This document shows positions 41,756 to 54,045 of a stretch of DNA of 64,000 bases, one piece after another; within the stretch, counting starts at the first letter, position 1; every line of letters starts with the position of its first letter. Source of the DNA: Wickerhamiella versatilis (taxonomy: Eukaryota). The stretch spans positions 434,001-498,000 of the forward strand of contig JAQOWU010000003.1 of the NCBI GenBank assembly GCA_030867685.1, read 5' to 3'. The position numbers were made by a program, and so were the translations under genes. A model generated the notes under the pieces. The model did not search any database. It saw nothing but the letters and a program-made list of their open reading frames with translations, and was not told the origin of the DNA.

Positions 41756-42643
41756 TTAGATAGTCCATCCTCGTAACCGAGAAAAAGTGGTACTAATTAC
41801 ACTGTTACTTTCTTCTTTTGACGGCTGTGTTGTCGGATGATAGCGCCATACTCGGAATCTGTGGTTTAAGCCAGCGTCTTGAAGAGCATATCCGAGTTCA
41901 CTCTCCTTCCGTAGTGAGCCTTGTGGCCTTGGGTGAAGGAATACAAGCCTACCAATACGCGAATGCAAAAGCGCCATACCGCACATAGCACAAGGTTCCC
42001 CAATAGTATAGACATCCGCATTGTATAGTAGGTACGATCCAGGTCGTTGCCTGTTTGTTTCAACAGCAAGCGAAATTGCACACATTACGCTATGAGCTAA
42101 TGGGTGTCGCTGAGTTTGATCTCCTGCTTGGGCGATAAGTTCTTCATTCTCAGAATTTACTACCATGGTAAAACTCGAGCAGCCAGTACCTTGTGACTGC
42201 GGCAGGTGAGTTGTAAGACGGGAGGCCCATTTCTCAAGAGAAGAACATTCCTGTTCCGACAACTCACCCGTATCATGGGGTCTGTGTCCCCGCCACATAA
42301 TGGGCCAGCCTTTTTCAGATGCTTTATTCGCTTCTTCCTGTGAGTATGCCGGATACTGCATTGCCCGAGATTCATAAAGCTCCAGTTGCAGGATATTCTC
42401 TGCATCCTCCTTAGAAAGACAAAGCTCACTACAAATCATGACCCGCAGGGATTCTGGCTTCATTCCATCCTCCGAAGTGTTCCAGACGCGACGAAGATGG
42501 CTCAAATCAACCGGGTCTTGTGGTAAAGATTTCCGTAGATTATCTAGAAGTGTTTTCACTTGACGAGGTTGAACCTCAGCATACCATATACGTATTACGG
42601 CAGATGGATCTCTTCTATCATGACCTGGAACAAAAAACAACAT
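41756..42643 (-). CDS. TAD3: tRNA A34 deaminase, non-catalytic subunit
   Basis: DLSHLRRV, WPIMW, HPLAHSVM, EPCAMCGMALLHSRIGR, LNHRF. Confidence 0.9.
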   Translation of the reverse strand: MLFFVPGHDRRDPSAVIRIWYAEVQPRQVKTLLDNLRKSLPQDPVDLSHLRRVWNTSEDGMKPESLRVMICSELCLSKEDAENILQLELYESRAMQYPAYSQEEANKASEKGWPIMWRGHRPHDTGELSEQECSSLEKWASRLTTHLPQSQGTGCSSFTMVVNSENEELIAQAGDQTQRHPLAHSVMCAISLAVETNRQRPGSYLLYNADVYTIGEPCAMCGMALLHSRIGRLVFLHPRPQGSLRKESELGYALQDAGLNHRFRVWRYHPTTQPSKEESNSVISTTFSRLRGWTI

Positions 42644-43019
42644 CCCCTTCCACCCTGATTCAACTTTATGTCAGCCTGATCTTGTCGTGACAATACTACA
42701 TTGATAGATGGATAGATAACTTAGAACACTGAATGAGTCACCTGTAAAGTGAATACATATGGTCCTTTAAAATACAATACTGTCTAATTGATCGATAGCT
42801 CTTCTTTACGGTTTATTCTTGATATGGCGTGAGGAACCAAGACAGAGCTAGTAAATGCTACTAGAATGTGATAGGTTCTGAAGCTCACTATGGTTTCTTC
42901 TGCAAATTATCTCTGTCTTCCTTTTTTTAATTAACTGTATATCTGAAGCTTTAGATATACAATCTTTGCTTAGCGCTTAACATATTATTAGTCACGCGAG
43001 CTGGCTACGCCAGTGTGTC

Positions 43020-43679
43020 ATGCAGTACTTAAAACGGGCCATATATGGACCAGACCCTAAAGAACAGAAGCGAAAGTGTGATGCAGCAATTCGTAAAAAC
43101 CAGCGGGAAATTGAGCGCCAAATAGCGAGTCTGAGGTCGTCAGAGACAAAGACCAAACAATTTATTCGCCAGTGTGCCACAAGAGGTGATATGGCAAGTA
43201 CAAAACTACTTGCACGCGAAGTGGCTCGGTCCCAAAATCATCGGGAACGTCTTTATAAGTCAAAAGCTCAGCTAAACAGCATTAAAATGCAAGTGGCAGA
43301 CTCATTTGCTCTCCAGAAAATCCAAGGCTCGATGGCACAATCTACATCCGTGATGCGTCAGGTTAACCATCTTATAAGGCTGCCGGAACTAATGGGTACC
43401 ATGAATATGCTGGGTCAAGAATTAATGAAGGCTGGTATCATAGATGAAATGGTAACTGATGGCCTTGATACATTGGAGGATGAGGAGGCAGACTCAGAAC
43501 TCGAAGAACAGCAGCAGAAAGTCCTAGATGACATTCTTGCTCCGCCCCGCAAAACAGGAGCTGAGCGTGTACCTCAAGCTGCTAAGGAACTGCCGGAAGA
43601 ACAAGCCATTAGTGAGCCTGAAGATGAGCAAGGTGAAATTGAGGGTATGCGAGAGCGCTTGCGCGCTCTACAGAGCTAA
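43020..43679 (+). CDS. VPS24: ESCRT-III subunit Vps24/CHMP3
   Basis: GPDPKEQKRK, SKAQLNSI, IRLPEL, ELMKAGIIDEMV, terminal MRERLRALQS. Confidence 0.95.
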   Translation: MQYLKRAIYGPDPKEQKRKCDAAIRKNQREIERQIASLRSSETKTKQFIRQCATRGDMASTKLLAREVARSQNHRERLYKSKAQLNSIKMQVADSFALQKIQGSMAQSTSVMRQVNHLIRLPELMGTMNMLGQELMKAGIIDEMVTDGLDTLEDEEADSELEEQQQKVLDDILAPPRKTGAERVPQAAKELPEEQAISEPEDEQGEIEGMRERLRALQS

Positions 43680-43840
43680 ATGTCATGAATTTTGATCTTC
43701 TTGCCATATTTTTGTCGCATCATAACATAACATGCAACAGTCCAATCGGCCTGTGAGCCTGTCCCAGTCCAACGATATATGAGGCAATATATCCTATAAT
43801 TCCTCTTATAATAGAATGAAATTTATTTAAAGAATAGAAT

Positions 43841-46800
43841 CTATGTCTTGTTAACGAGTGCTGCTTTCTTGAGCGTTCGAACTTGTTCGCGAAGCTCGTC
43901 ACGCTCTTCTTCTGTGATCACGATCTGTGCACGCAGATCGCGGATCAGAAGTTGAGCATGGCGTGCATTTACAGAACCTATTGAGCCCTGACTGGCATCT
44001 GGATCAGTTGACAATTTCATCTCTTGCATCTGTTCTTCAAGGCGTTGGTAACTTGCACGTAGATGATTGAGGTCCTCACGGGTACGCGTGAGTGCCACTT
44101 GTTGGTTATGTGAATACTCCATAGCTCGGTCATATTCTCCTTCAAGCTCCTCATGCGATCTGCGTAATTTGAGGAGTTGTTGCTCTAAATCATTATGCTG
44201 GGCAAGATGAGACTTATGTGTTGCCTCTAAGTCTCGAGTTTGAGTTTCATGGTTAGAAATCTGGGTTCGCAAAGCAGCTATATCAGCATAAGCCTTCTCT
44301 AAGTCTTTGTGTGCTGAATCTGCAGCGCCACGATGTGTTTCGTAAAGATCTTTGAAATGCGCAGTTTCATCAGGTTGGAGGGATCTGCTGCCATTCGACG
44401 GCTCTGCTGCTTGGTCGTTGAAATGCTTCCATTGTGCAGTTAGGGCAGCTACCTCAGCAACAAGGCCTGCATTCTCTGTCGAACGAGTATTCTTGCCAAG
44501 AGATTGTCGGAGCTCCGAATTTTGCTCAGTGAGTTCCTCAATCTTTTGCTCTGCAGTCTGTAGTCGTTGAGCTTGGGCTCTAAGAGCTGCAACGTGACCC
44601 TCCATAGCCGCAGTAAGTTGTTCAAGTTTAGAATTGGCGTTGCTGTACTTGCTCTGTAGTACGTCTTTCTCATACTGCAATTTTTTATTAGTATCTTTTG
44701 ACTCCAGAAGCTCGCGTTGACTTGCTGTATGAAACTGATGGAGCTTGTCACCATCTCCACTTGACATCATACCATTAGTCTGGGCAGCTGAAGGCTCAGG
44801 CGATTTTTCAGCGTTGAGCGATCTGTTTGCTGCTACGTTACCCTTTAAAGGAGTACTTGATTCTTTTGCAGCAACTGGATTATTTCCAACCACCTTTGAC
44901 TTCGAGGATATACTTGAATCCTTCTTATCATGCTGCAATGGGTGCTGCGTACTTGACTGTTTGTCGAGATCATCAGCATCGGTTGCCAAGGTGTCAGGCG
45001 ACTTCAATTTTGTGCTGGGTGTGGTAGATTTTGAATTAGGGAAAGCTGGAGATCTCAGCCCATTTGCAGCCGTTTCCGGGTTCAAACCAGGTGACTTTAG
45101 TCCCGCAAAACCATGAGCAGGATCATGCACTGGTGATCTCAGCGATTTAGAGCCACTAGTCTCATGGCCCAAATGAGAACGAGGTGTCTCGGGCTGCTTC
45201 GGTGACGATATATCTTTCTGCAATACACCCTCTGGTTGAAGTTCAGATCTGTTCCCTGAGGGAGTCGCTTTTGGTGTGTCATTTGTAGCCAAATCGTTAG
45301 TCTGAACTAGAGAAGGTGCACCTTTAGACAGCTTCTCAACCTTTAACGGAGGACTTATTTCACTTGACCCTCCTTGGAAGTCCTTTTCAGATTTTTCCAA
45401 ACCCTTCAACTCATTTTGAGGTTTCATGTGAGTGCTTGGTCCAATCGGAACTTCATAAGGCTTTTCCTTGGGGCTAACTGGGGCGTGGTCACCTTTACCA
45501 TAGTGTTTATCCACAGTTGCGTTATTGAGACGATTTTCGAATTCAGCTGCTCTAGCCTTGACAAGCGGGTTGCTGGCTCCTGTTTCTTCTATTCCGGCGA
45601 CCGGTTTCTTATCCTGTTCACCCTTAAGGTTGTGAGCAGCAACAGCAGCAGCACTAATACCTCCCCCTGCAGCAGCAGCGGCGGCAGCCTTCGCCGCATT
45701 TGGACTGGTCTGCAAGCTATGAAGATTGGCTTGTTCAGAATATCCTGGATGATTGCCACGTGATCCTGATTCGGCATCAGGGCTACCGACAGGCTTCCGC
45801 ACAGAATCACCAGGTGACTTGTCAAACCCTGCCCTTGGAGCATCACGAGATACTTGCTGGCTATACTTTTCCGGTGAAGGCGGGCCGAATTCCCGAGGTG
45901 AGAAATCCTCAGCGCCTTTGAAGTGAATTGGATATTGACGACGTGGACTGGTCTTATTGACCGGCGATGCGCTCATGTCAGACACACCAGAGGATAAGCT
46001 ACTGTTAGATTCAGGCTTAGTCCCACTCTGCGCAGAAGGGCCTCTAAAATCTCGTCCAGGTGAGATATATTCTGGACTATTTGGCATCTCCTGCAATTTC
46101 GTAGCTGAGTCTGGCTGGGCTGCTTCCTTGAAAGATGATGATTTACCAAGAGACGCTGTGTTATTCTCAGGAGAACTGGTCGATTTTGGAATATGGCTTG
46201 AATCAAGCCCACGTACTGGGTTTCCAGATATGCCTTGCTCCACATTCTCACCACCCAATGAAGTGTTAACATGACTTGCACCATGTCCATCAGCAGCCGC
46301 TCGAAGTGTTTCTTGAGGAATGCTAGCAAGGTTTGTCTGAGGCACACTTCGGGGGATCTTGGATTCATTGGTTTCAAAAGCGCTATCGGCTTTCGGAGAA
46401 CTCATACTTGGTGATGGCAAGCCACCTGGCATATTGCGAAGTTCATCTTCAAGTGACGTATCACCTTCATATTCTGGTAATGATTTAGGTAGAGGATACT
46501 GAATATCAGCAGGCTTCTTCTCATCCTTATTCATTTGAACAGTCGGCCGTTTATCTGCTTCAGAGGCCTGAGCCGGAATCTTCTCACCGGGAGACTTGTG
46601 CGATAATGATGTTGCTGCTGCTGCTGCCGCAGCTCCAGCTCCAGCAGCTCCGGCTCCAACACCAACTTCAGACCCAGGGCCGTTATCTGAGTTTATATCT
46701 GAACCTGGAGCTGAACGGACCCCTGAATATCCCTCATTTTTTGAAGGCAGATCCATAGCTGAGACATATGCATTCTCATGCTCTTCATCACTATCAGACA

Positions 46801-48310
46801 CATAAGACTTTACTTGTTCACGCATTGGAGATGCAGGAAGAATAACAGATCCGCGCTTAGAGAGCATCATAGAGTTGCGGGCAGCTGGGGTCGTTCTAGT
46901 CGAAGTTTGCTGCGGCACATCTGGAGCAGGAATCGCAGGAGGCTCCCCTACGGATTTCACGTGCTTGGGTTCCTGCTTTACCGGAGCCTCGGGCGGATAA
47001 TTTATACGACTCACATCAAGGACAAATGCAGCATTCGTCTGATCTGTGCCACCCCATACCAGTATCTTATCACCGTCAAATGCTGTCAGGGAATGACCAG
47101 AACGCGGCGAGGGCCCTGGTCCAAGGTTTTGGAAGGTATACCATTTAAGAGAAGGCAATCTTAGGGCAAAAAGTTGGTCTATCAATTGGCCTTGACTAGA
47201 CATACCCCCAAAGACATACATAACATCCCCAACAATTGTAGTGGCATGACCTTGACAAGGAGCAGGAACGTAGCCAGTACATTCCAGCTGAGTCCAGGAG
47301 CGGTCAGAAGGATCAAAAACCCAGGTATCGGAATACCAGAGATCTCCATTTGCACCCCCAAACAGATAAAGCTTATCATGCCATGTGACTACCGTATGAT
47401 TCGTTCGCGGGGGAGGTGGCGGGGTAGTAGGCGCTATTTTAACCCACTTTGCGGTAGGTGAACGCCAGGTGGTGAGATCAAAAGCCCACATATCATCAAA
47501 AAACATATCATCAACCTGGCCTCCAAATACATAGATACGGGCGCCGAGATTGCTAAGGCTATGGCCGTAGCGCCCACACGGGCGAGGCCTCACCGTCTGA
47601 GCAACTGTCCATTTCAAGCTACTGGTGTTCAGTAGGTACAGGTTGTCATCCAAAGGATCAGTCTCTTGGATCTTGGTATCACCACCAAAGACGACATGTG
47701 CATTACCCAAAACAAGGGATGCATGACCAACTCGGGGGCCAACTTTGGCACCATCAGTCACGAGCTGATAGCCAGTCAACATGTTAGTATCAATAACCCA
47801 TAGATCATCCAATATATCCATATCACGGATTCCACCCATAATAAAAAGTTCACCATCACGAGCAGCTATATAATTGGCACTATGGCCAAAGCGCGGAGAA
47901 GGGCAGGCACGCCTAATTTCCCACTCTGCCCAGGGATTATCTTGTGAGTTCTTTCGGTAGCTATGTGGCGGAGCTTGGCTACCACCAGGAGTAAGCGATC
48001 CTCTAGCCCCTGGACTGTGCTGTGCGGGTGTAGCAGTGCTCGACGGCGTAGGCGCAACATGACCAACTGGAGACTCTTGAATACTTGAACCATAACCAGT
48101 GCTTCTCTGCGGTGATGTTTCTTCCTTGACCTTCTCGGCAGCATATGGCGACTGGGCTGCAGCAGGCCTATGTGAATCTAAGGGCTCACTTCCGGCAGAT
48201 GCATTGGATGCCACCCTACGTGGGGATTTCTCTCCACTATGTGCAGAAGAGTTGTCCTCTGACTTATGACTGTCGCGTTTCTTTCGATACTTCGAGAGGA
48301 GCGACGGCAT
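43841..48310 (-). CDS. KEL1: Kelch-repeat cell polarity protein (Kel1/Tea1-like)
   Basis: Six kelch repeats (PRFGHS, PRVGHA, GRYGHS, PRTNHT, PCQGHA, FQNLGPGPSPRSGHS), long disordered middle, C-terminal coiled coil. Confidence 0.85.
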   Translation of the reverse strand: MPSLLSKYRKKRDSHKSEDNSSAHSGEKSPRRVASNASAGSEPLDSHRPAAAQSPYAAEKVKEETSPQRSTGYGSSIQESPVGHVAPTPSSTATPAQHSPGARGSLTPGGSQAPPHSYRKNSQDNPWAEWEIRRACPSPRFGHSANYIAARDGELFIMGGIRDMDILDDLWVIDTNMLTGYQLVTDGAKVGPRVGHASLVLGNAHVVFGGDTKIQETDPLDDNLYLLNTSSLKWTVAQTVRPRPCGRYGHSLSNLGARIYVFGGQVDDMFFDDMWAFDLTTWRSPTAKWVKIAPTTPPPPPRTNHTVVTWHDKLYLFGGANGDLWYSDTWVFDPSDRSWTQLECTGYVPAPCQGHATTIVGDVMYVFGGMSSQGQLIDQLFALRLPSLKWYTFQNLGPGPSPRSGHSLTAFDGDKILVWGGTDQTNAAFVLDVSRINYPPEAPVKQEPKHVKSVGEPPAIPAPDVPQQTSTRTTPAARNSMMLSKRGSVILPASPMREQVKSYVSDSDEEHENAYVSAMDLPSKNEGYSGVRSAPGSDINSDNGPGSEVGVGAGAAGAGAAAAAAATSLSHKSPGEKIPAQASEADKRPTVQMNKDEKKPADIQYPLPKSLPEYEGDTSLEDELRNMPGGLPSPSMSSPKADSAFETNESKIPRSVPQTNLASIPQETLRAAADGHGASHVNTSLGGENVEQGISGNPVRGLDSSHIPKSTSSPENNTASLGKSSSFKEAAQPDSATKLQEMPNSPEYISPGRDFRGPSAQSGTKPESNSSLSSGVSDMSASPVNKTSPRRQYPIHFKGAEDFSPREFGPPSPEKYSQQVSRDAPRAGFDKSPGDSVRKPVGSPDAESGSRGNHPGYSEQANLHSLQTSPNAAKAAAAAAAGGGISAAAVAAHNLKGEQDKKPVAGIEETGASNPLVKARAAEFENRLNNATVDKHYGKGDHAPVSPKEKPYEVPIGPSTHMKPQNELKGLEKSEKDFQGGSSEISPPLKVEKLSKGAPSLVQTNDLATNDTPKATPSGNRSELQPEGVLQKDISSPKQPETPRSHLGHETSGSKSLRSPVHDPAHGFAGLKSPGLNPETAANGLRSPAFPNSKSTTPSTKLKSPDTLATDADDLDKQSSTQHPLQHDKKDSSISSKSKVVGNNPVAAKESSTPLKGNVAANRSLNAEKSPEPSAAQTNGMMSSGDGDKLHQFHTASQRELLESKDTNKKLQYEKDVLQSKYSNANSKLEQLTAAMEGHVAALRAQAQRLQTAEQKIEELTEQNSELRQSLGKNTRSTENAGLVAEVAALTAQWKHFNDQAAEPSNGSRSLQPDETAHFKDLYETHRGAADSAHKDLEKAYADIAALRTQISNHETQTRDLEATHKSHLAQHNDLEQQLLKLRRSHEELEGEYDRAMEYSHNQQVALTRTREDLNHLRASYQRLEEQMQEMKLSTDPDASQGSIGSVNARHAQLLIRDLRAQIVITEEERDELREQVRTLKKAALVNKT

Positions 48311-48699
48311 TTTAATAGATTGCGCGAACGTGGCTAGTGGTGATGTATTACTAAGACACGCGTGCTAATAATTAAGGAACTTTTGCGGCATGGTTCGAGT
48401 TGATCTGAATCCTATCTTGCTAAATTATTTCCGGTCCATTTAAAAATATTACAATTTAGTGTAGCGAAAAGTACTATGATATCAAGCTAGTGATCATTCC
48501 ATTTTTTAATACACGGGCCTTTAAGATTGGTGATTCCAGTTTTACTAGCCATAGTTGTCCAATAAATAGCAGACGCATAGCGCGACATAGCGCACTTATA
48601 CGACAACAGACTGGTAATTATGATTTAAGTATTTTGCAACTACCCGATAGTGACAAAACCCCAGCGGCGGCCTCTAGAGGCACAAATAAATACAGTACA

Positions 48700-49602
48700 C
48701 TAATGCGTTGAGTGAGCTCGGTGATATTTTAGTCCATTCAAGTTTTTATACCGTTTGCCACATATTTCGCATTGATAGGGTTTATCTTTCTCTATCGCTA
48801 CCCCATCTGGATACGGCGTGTTTGAGAGCGGGTCAATAATAGAGAATGATCCGTCCTCGTTTTGATGTAGTGTCTGATTTTGATGACCATGTTGGCGATG
48901 ATACTTAAGCCCATTTTGATTCTTGTAACTCTTATCACAGCCGATTACAGGGCACTTATATGGCTTATGATCTGACCTTTCGATCATGTAGAGTTGTCTT
49001 GCAGGATCGTCAATCGTCATCTCATCATCTCCAGCTACTATGCTTCTCGTTGCTGCCTGTGGAGGTATGCCAGAAGCCACTGCCGCTGCCGCAGACTGCG
49101 GTGGCAAGAAAACTTCGTTTGTAGAAACCACTTCTACATTAGGTATTCGGCGAGCTACAGGTGGTTCCTCCGGTGGCGAAGGTTGAATGTGCGTTTCTTC
49201 GTAATGTCTTAAGAGGTCATGCAACGTCGGTAAATTATCACCACAACAGTGGTAGTCTCGGCAATAATCAGCCTCAAGCATAGGAAAATAAGATGGCGTT
49301 AAGTCGGGGGACATCCCAATCATGGTGTCGTCCCCTGGTATTGATCTGCCTGACTGCGTGTCGATCTGATCCTGGGGAGGCGGTTGACTTGACAAAGTCG
49401 CACCTCCCTGCCCTGAGGAGGCGGAGCCCATCCCTCCACTAGCATCCTGGCCAAGTAGCACTTCATCACGGAGCCATGAACCTACACTAACAGCACCCCA
49501 TGAAATACCACCCATCCCTAGTGAGTGCGCAAAGCTTTCGCGGTTGAATCCCGGAATCTTGGCCCCTCCTTGGTATGAGATATCTATAGGAGCCGCACTC
49601 AT
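48700..49602 (-). CDS. SFP1: Split zinc-finger transcription factor Sfp1
   Basis: [78 protein letters not shown]. Confidence 0.93.
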   Translation of the reverse strand: MSAAPIDISYQGGAKIPGFNRESFAHSLGMGGISWGAVSVGSWLRDEVLLGQDASGGMGSASSGQGGATLSSQPPPQDQIDTQSGRSIPGDDTMIGMSPDLTPSYFPMLEADYCRDYHCCGDNLPTLHDLLRHYEETHIQPSPPEEPPVARRIPNVEVVSTNEVFLPPQSAAAAVASGIPPQAATRSIVAGDDEMTIDDPARQLYMIERSDHKPYKCPVIGCDKSYKNQNGLKYHRQHGHQNQTLHQNEDGSFSIIDPLSNTPYPDGVAIEKDKPYQCEICGKRYKNLNGLKYHRAHSTH

Positions 49603-50390
49603 TCTAGCCGGCAATAAATCCTTATACACCTGCCACAACTACGATACGGAGGGCTTTGCGTTTGTGAGGGAAGTCCTTGCAAAGTAATCAACCAGCTTGA
49701 GGGCCACGATCGGTAAATACCCGTACCCACCACACCCATATATCCTCCGTGTGAATATGTAAACCCTCTCTGATCGCACCAATTAAGTGCGGAATAGGCT
49801 ATATTCAAGCCCAATATGAAGTCTGAATATAATATTGTTTGCCCTCCCTCTAATTGAGGCTCACTATTAATGTCTCAGGGTACGGGTACCTCTGCTTACT
49901 ACAGTAAGTGGCGAGGATCAGGCCGAAGCCGAGAAGCAGACTTGAGATGGAAAATTCTAGCATTCGCATAATTATCTATAGTTCTGCTCAGAAAAACACT
50001 ACGTACGCAAAGCTCTAAGGGCCTTCGGTTGTTGAGCAGGGCAAGGGCATCGCGAACAGTTGGCCAATCTTCGAGGGTTTTGAATAAGCGCGGAGCAACG
50101 TGACTCAAGATGTGCTTTAATGCCGCATCAATCTTGCAATAGATAAGACCGCATTGGTTATGCTATATAGAATCTGCATTTTTTATTATTTAATCAACAA
50201 TTTTATGTTGTTTTGATAGGAAGATAATTGAGCTATATAGACTTAACGAGTCAAACAGTTAAAGAGGTTTATTTGACTGTATCGTTCTTTACAAAATTTA
50301 AAGGCCTGACTCGTCACAACGGGACTTCCAGCACAGCACATGAAGCCAAAAATTAAAGAGCATTAAATTCCGATATTAGGCGCGTTTCCA

Positions 50391-53312
50391 TTAGCGTTGT
50401 TCTACGAGCACTTTATCCACAGCCACATAGGCTAGTACAAGACAGAGTATTGCTGTAACCGCAAGACCAGCTATATCTTGAGGCACTGCTTCATTATCAA
50501 AGCCAAATGCACTTAATATAGCAGCACCTGGCACTTGAATTTGAAGGCCAAATTTGTACTCAGACAGCGTGAGATATAGAACTTCATTGACTGATAGAGC
50601 CTCATAGGCGTAATGATAGATGGATACAAACTGTAGCCATCCGCTTCCTAATGGCATCGACTCACGGTTTAGAAGCAAGCCACCAAACAAAATACCAAAC
50701 AGATTGATAAGGCATCCCAGTAAGGTTGAGACGCCGACATCTGCGAATAGGATACCAATAAGAAGCATTATTGCAGCAGCACTCAAATTGAACAAAACAA
50801 GAATGAGTAGAAATTTTAGAGGGGCTTTGTCTTCCAGATTTAATCCTACTAGAGGATAGACGATGAGCCCCAATACCACAGGGGGTATAACGCGAAGCGG
50901 GATAACATCCAGTAGAACCTTTGCCGCATAATATGCAAATGGATGATAGTAACCATTTGCCCTTTCACGCAAAAACACAAGCCTTTCTGTTGTAAACAAT
51001 GACAAGGTGGTCAAGGTCGAAAATCCAAACAACGAAAGAAGAAAGAAAAATAGACCCAAGCGATTTTGAAAGCCAGAGATATCATTTGCGACATGATAGT
51101 AAAGGTAGCTGCAGATTATACCAAGCGCAATAGATATTCCATAGTGCGTGAGAACCAGCGTAGGGTCTCTATATAAATTCGTGAAGGTGCGGCGAGCCAA
51201 GACGAGAAATTGTGTAAACAGTGACGCGCCCTGAAGGTGTACCCTTGTAGGAAGCTCTTTGGGTGCGGAAATGGCGTTTTCGATTTCCTGTGTTATTTTC
51301 AGTGCATACTGACTCTCTTTATATGCCTCAACAAGCGGTTCAAGGCCAAATGGTCCAAACGTATCAGATGAAGCTGCTAACGCGACAGCAGTCGAACGAG
51401 TAATTTGCTGTCTGTGAAAAGCAAGATCCCGCCATTCCCGATCTGGGTCATCCAACATCGGTGCAGTATGGACATCAGGGTCCGCACAATCAGCATCGGC
51501 ATCGTCAGATAGGACATCGTCAGCTGGCGTGGGGGGCTCTTGTGGGGATGTTGGAGGAATATTAGCGTCTGCAGCAACCACACCTGCAGGGGCATCTGCT
51601 CGCATGGTAACATCAATCAAGAAATCTGCTATGTTATAATTCTGCGGGCAAGGCTTTCCAATTGCAGCAAATTGCGTTTTTGCTTCTTCTGGCTTTCCTT
51701 GAAAAACACAGCGGCCTTTCGCCAAAAGCATAAACCTGTCGAAAAGAGCGACAATATTAGAGCGAGGTTGGTGTATTGTGAAAACGACTGTTCGACCATT
51801 ATTTTTTGCAAGAGTCACTAAAGATTCCACGACATTATAAGCCGAATAGGAGTCAAGTCCAGATGTCGGTTCATCGAGGAACAAAATTGATGGTGAGGTA
51901 ACTAGTTCACATGCAATAGCCACACGTCTGATTTCCCCTCCACTCAAGCCACGTTTCTCCGCTGAGCCGACGATCTGATCACGCAAGTGGATTATACCAA
52001 GCTCTGCAAGAGTTTCTACCGCCCTCAATCGCTTGGCTTCAGTTGACATGGACTTGGGAAGACGCAGAAGGGCCGATGTGAGAACCGTCTCATAGACCGT
52101 GAGAGTGGGAATTAAGACATCTGATTGATCAACGAATCCAGGAGTGAAATTCTGAGAAGTTGAACCATTGAAGTAAACCTCACCGGTAACTATACCGCTT
52201 TTGTTCTTCCTTGCTAAGATATCTAGCAATGTTGTTTTGCCAGCGCCTGATCCACCAATTATTGCAAGAACGTGGCCTGCAGGAACGCTACCTGACACAT
52301 CACTTAGAATATCCTGGTTGTGAGCACGATACGAAATGTTGGTGAATTGCAAGCTAACAGGATCTGCTGCAGCAATTGTTGGCTCTGATGGGAGGGATAA
52401 GGATGTTTCCTTCTCGTGATATAAATGTCTAGCGGTGCTAAACAGTAGAAACAATAACCCCAGAACACCAAGTAAAATGGCAAGAGATGTTGCATTACTT
52501 AGAGTAGGCTGTTCTGGAGGTTGCCAACCCGGAACTTGAGATTCGTGGAGGCACTCTGCCGTGTCGCATTGAAGTTCAATAGAAGAATCCCCAAACACAA
52601 ACTTTATCAATTGGTTCATTGCTGGTTCTTCAAACCTACAAAAACCGGTGCTATCACAATCAAAGTTACCGGGGCCCTTCACGCTACGACGCAGCCATTC
52701 ACTAATATCAATCGATCCATCAGCACCACAAAGCAACCTATCTGGTACACACTCACATTGAATAGTCTCACAATTATAACTTTGCCCTTCAAAAGTACAG
52801 TCGTTTAGGCGGCAGTAAAAGCTTTCAACCTGGTCCACCCAAAGTTGGAGGTCGCAGCCTTTGGTTTCACATGTGAAAGTTACTTCAGCTGACCGACCAG
52901 CCAATACATCCAAAACCTTTCGATTAGTTACGTTACACATATGTGCATTGGATTGTACAAGGCTTCCCCCTTTATAACACACAGCGCTCTCGGACTCACC
53001 CGGTGGCATAAAGCCAGCACATGCGTTATCAGACGTACAAAGGTTGCAGTTAATCCCACTCCACCCATCATCGCAATCACATGTAGTATTCTCTGGCCGG
53101 GTAGGCCTCCTACTTCCATATATGGGGCTACCACATTGAGGTTCCGTACAATCCGGCCCTGCAAATCCTTGAGGACATTCACACCAGCCACTAAATTCAT
53201 CACAAGTACCAAAATGAGAGCATCCCAAATCTGGGCGATTGCAATTAAAGCAATCATCATAAATCGCCTGCACTGAGACTATCAACCCACATACGAATAT
53301 CCCCGTGCGCAT
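50391..53312 (-). CDS. ADP1: ABCG half-transporter with N-terminal EGF-like region
   Basis: Cys-rich EGF-like N-terminus, GGSGAGKTT, LSGGE, LFLDEPTSGLDS, TIHQPRS, ISGFQNRLG, RERANGYY. Confidence 0.93.
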   Translation of the reverse strand: MRTGIFVCGLIVSVQAIYDDCFNCNRPDLGCSHFGTCDEFSGWCECPQGFAGPDCTEPQCGSPIYGSRRPTRPENTTCDCDDGWSGINCNLCTSDNACAGFMPPGESESAVCYKGGSLVQSNAHMCNVTNRKVLDVLAGRSAEVTFTCETKGCDLQLWVDQVESFYCRLNDCTFEGQSYNCETIQCECVPDRLLCGADGSIDISEWLRRSVKGPGNFDCDSTGFCRFEEPAMNQLIKFVFGDSSIELQCDTAECLHESQVPGWQPPEQPTLSNATSLAILLGVLGLLFLLFSTARHLYHEKETSLSLPSEPTIAAADPVSLQFTNISYRAHNQDILSDVSGSVPAGHVLAIIGGSGAGKTTLLDILARKNKSGIVTGEVYFNGSTSQNFTPGFVDQSDVLIPTLTVYETVLTSALLRLPKSMSTEAKRLRAVETLAELGIIHLRDQIVGSAEKRGLSGGEIRRVAIACELVTSPSILFLDEPTSGLDSYSAYNVVESLVTLAKNNGRTVVFTIHQPRSNIVALFDRFMLLAKGRCVFQGKPEEAKTQFAAIGKPCPQNYNIADFLIDVTMRADAPAGVVAADANIPPTSPQEPPTPADDVLSDDADADCADPDVHTAPMLDDPDREWRDLAFHRQQITRSTAVALAASSDTFGPFGLEPLVEAYKESQYALKITQEIENAISAPKELPTRVHLQGASLFTQFLVLARRTFTNLYRDPTLVLTHYGISIALGIICSYLYYHVANDISGFQNRLGLFFFLLSLFGFSTLTTLSLFTTERLVFLRERANGYYHPFAYYAAKVLLDVIPLRVIPPVVLGLIVYPLVGLNLEDKAPLKFLLILVLFNLSAAAIMLLIGILFADVGVSTLLGCLINLFGILFGGLLLNRESMPLGSGWLQFVSIYHYAYEALSVNEVLYLTLSEYKFGLQIQVPGAAILSAFGFDNEAVPQDIAGLAVTAILCLVLAYVAVDKVLVEQR

Positions 53313-54045
53313 GACTAAGCCACACTAATGCTGCCTGCCTAACTTGAATGCGTTTAGGAAGACCTTATTTCTATTGACATGCTGATAGCGAGAGATAGAC
53401 ATGTACAGCTTCATAAATCATTGTGATTCAGTAGCAACGATTTGTATCGCTCACTGATTTCATAAAAAAATAAAACATGATTCTTCCGACTATAAAAATC
53501 AGTACCGCTACAGAACACTAAAAGTAACATGAAGAGGTCAATGACGAAAAAAGAGGAAATTGTAGCATGGTAGCTGCACTGTTGACCATAATACTGTGCA
53601 TCTTCTCAACGCACTGGAGTCGTAGAATAGCTTGGTAAAGCATACCTCAAATCTAGAAATTCTCGGTTTAAGATGGTTTAGTATGCATATTCAATCCTGT
53701 ATTTGCCTCGAATTTATTTGGCATGACAATGCCAACTACTACGTGAGTTGCTGATATGTTCGCAGTATAGTCATCGACATAACTTGACTAGTTCTTTTTT
53801 TTGCGCCTATTCAGTACGATACTTTATTATATTAAAAATACTAGAGTTACTAGCTCGGAGATCTATGCTGCGTCACTTTATTGTTTTCCCACATAATCTG
53901 CTTCAAGACATTAGTGGGCTATCTTGCATTGTCCAACTATTCCTCGGGGGACCCACTTGCGTGTAAGAAAAAACCTTTGGCTATTTTTAACTCAAGTTCT
54001 TTTCAAAGGGCTGTTTCCGTATATAGCGGTTAATAAGGTCATCCT

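Noticed and set aside
41756-42643. Missing catalytic Glu (HSV instead of HAE) suggesting a dead deaminase
   Set aside because: This is normal for the Tad3 subunit
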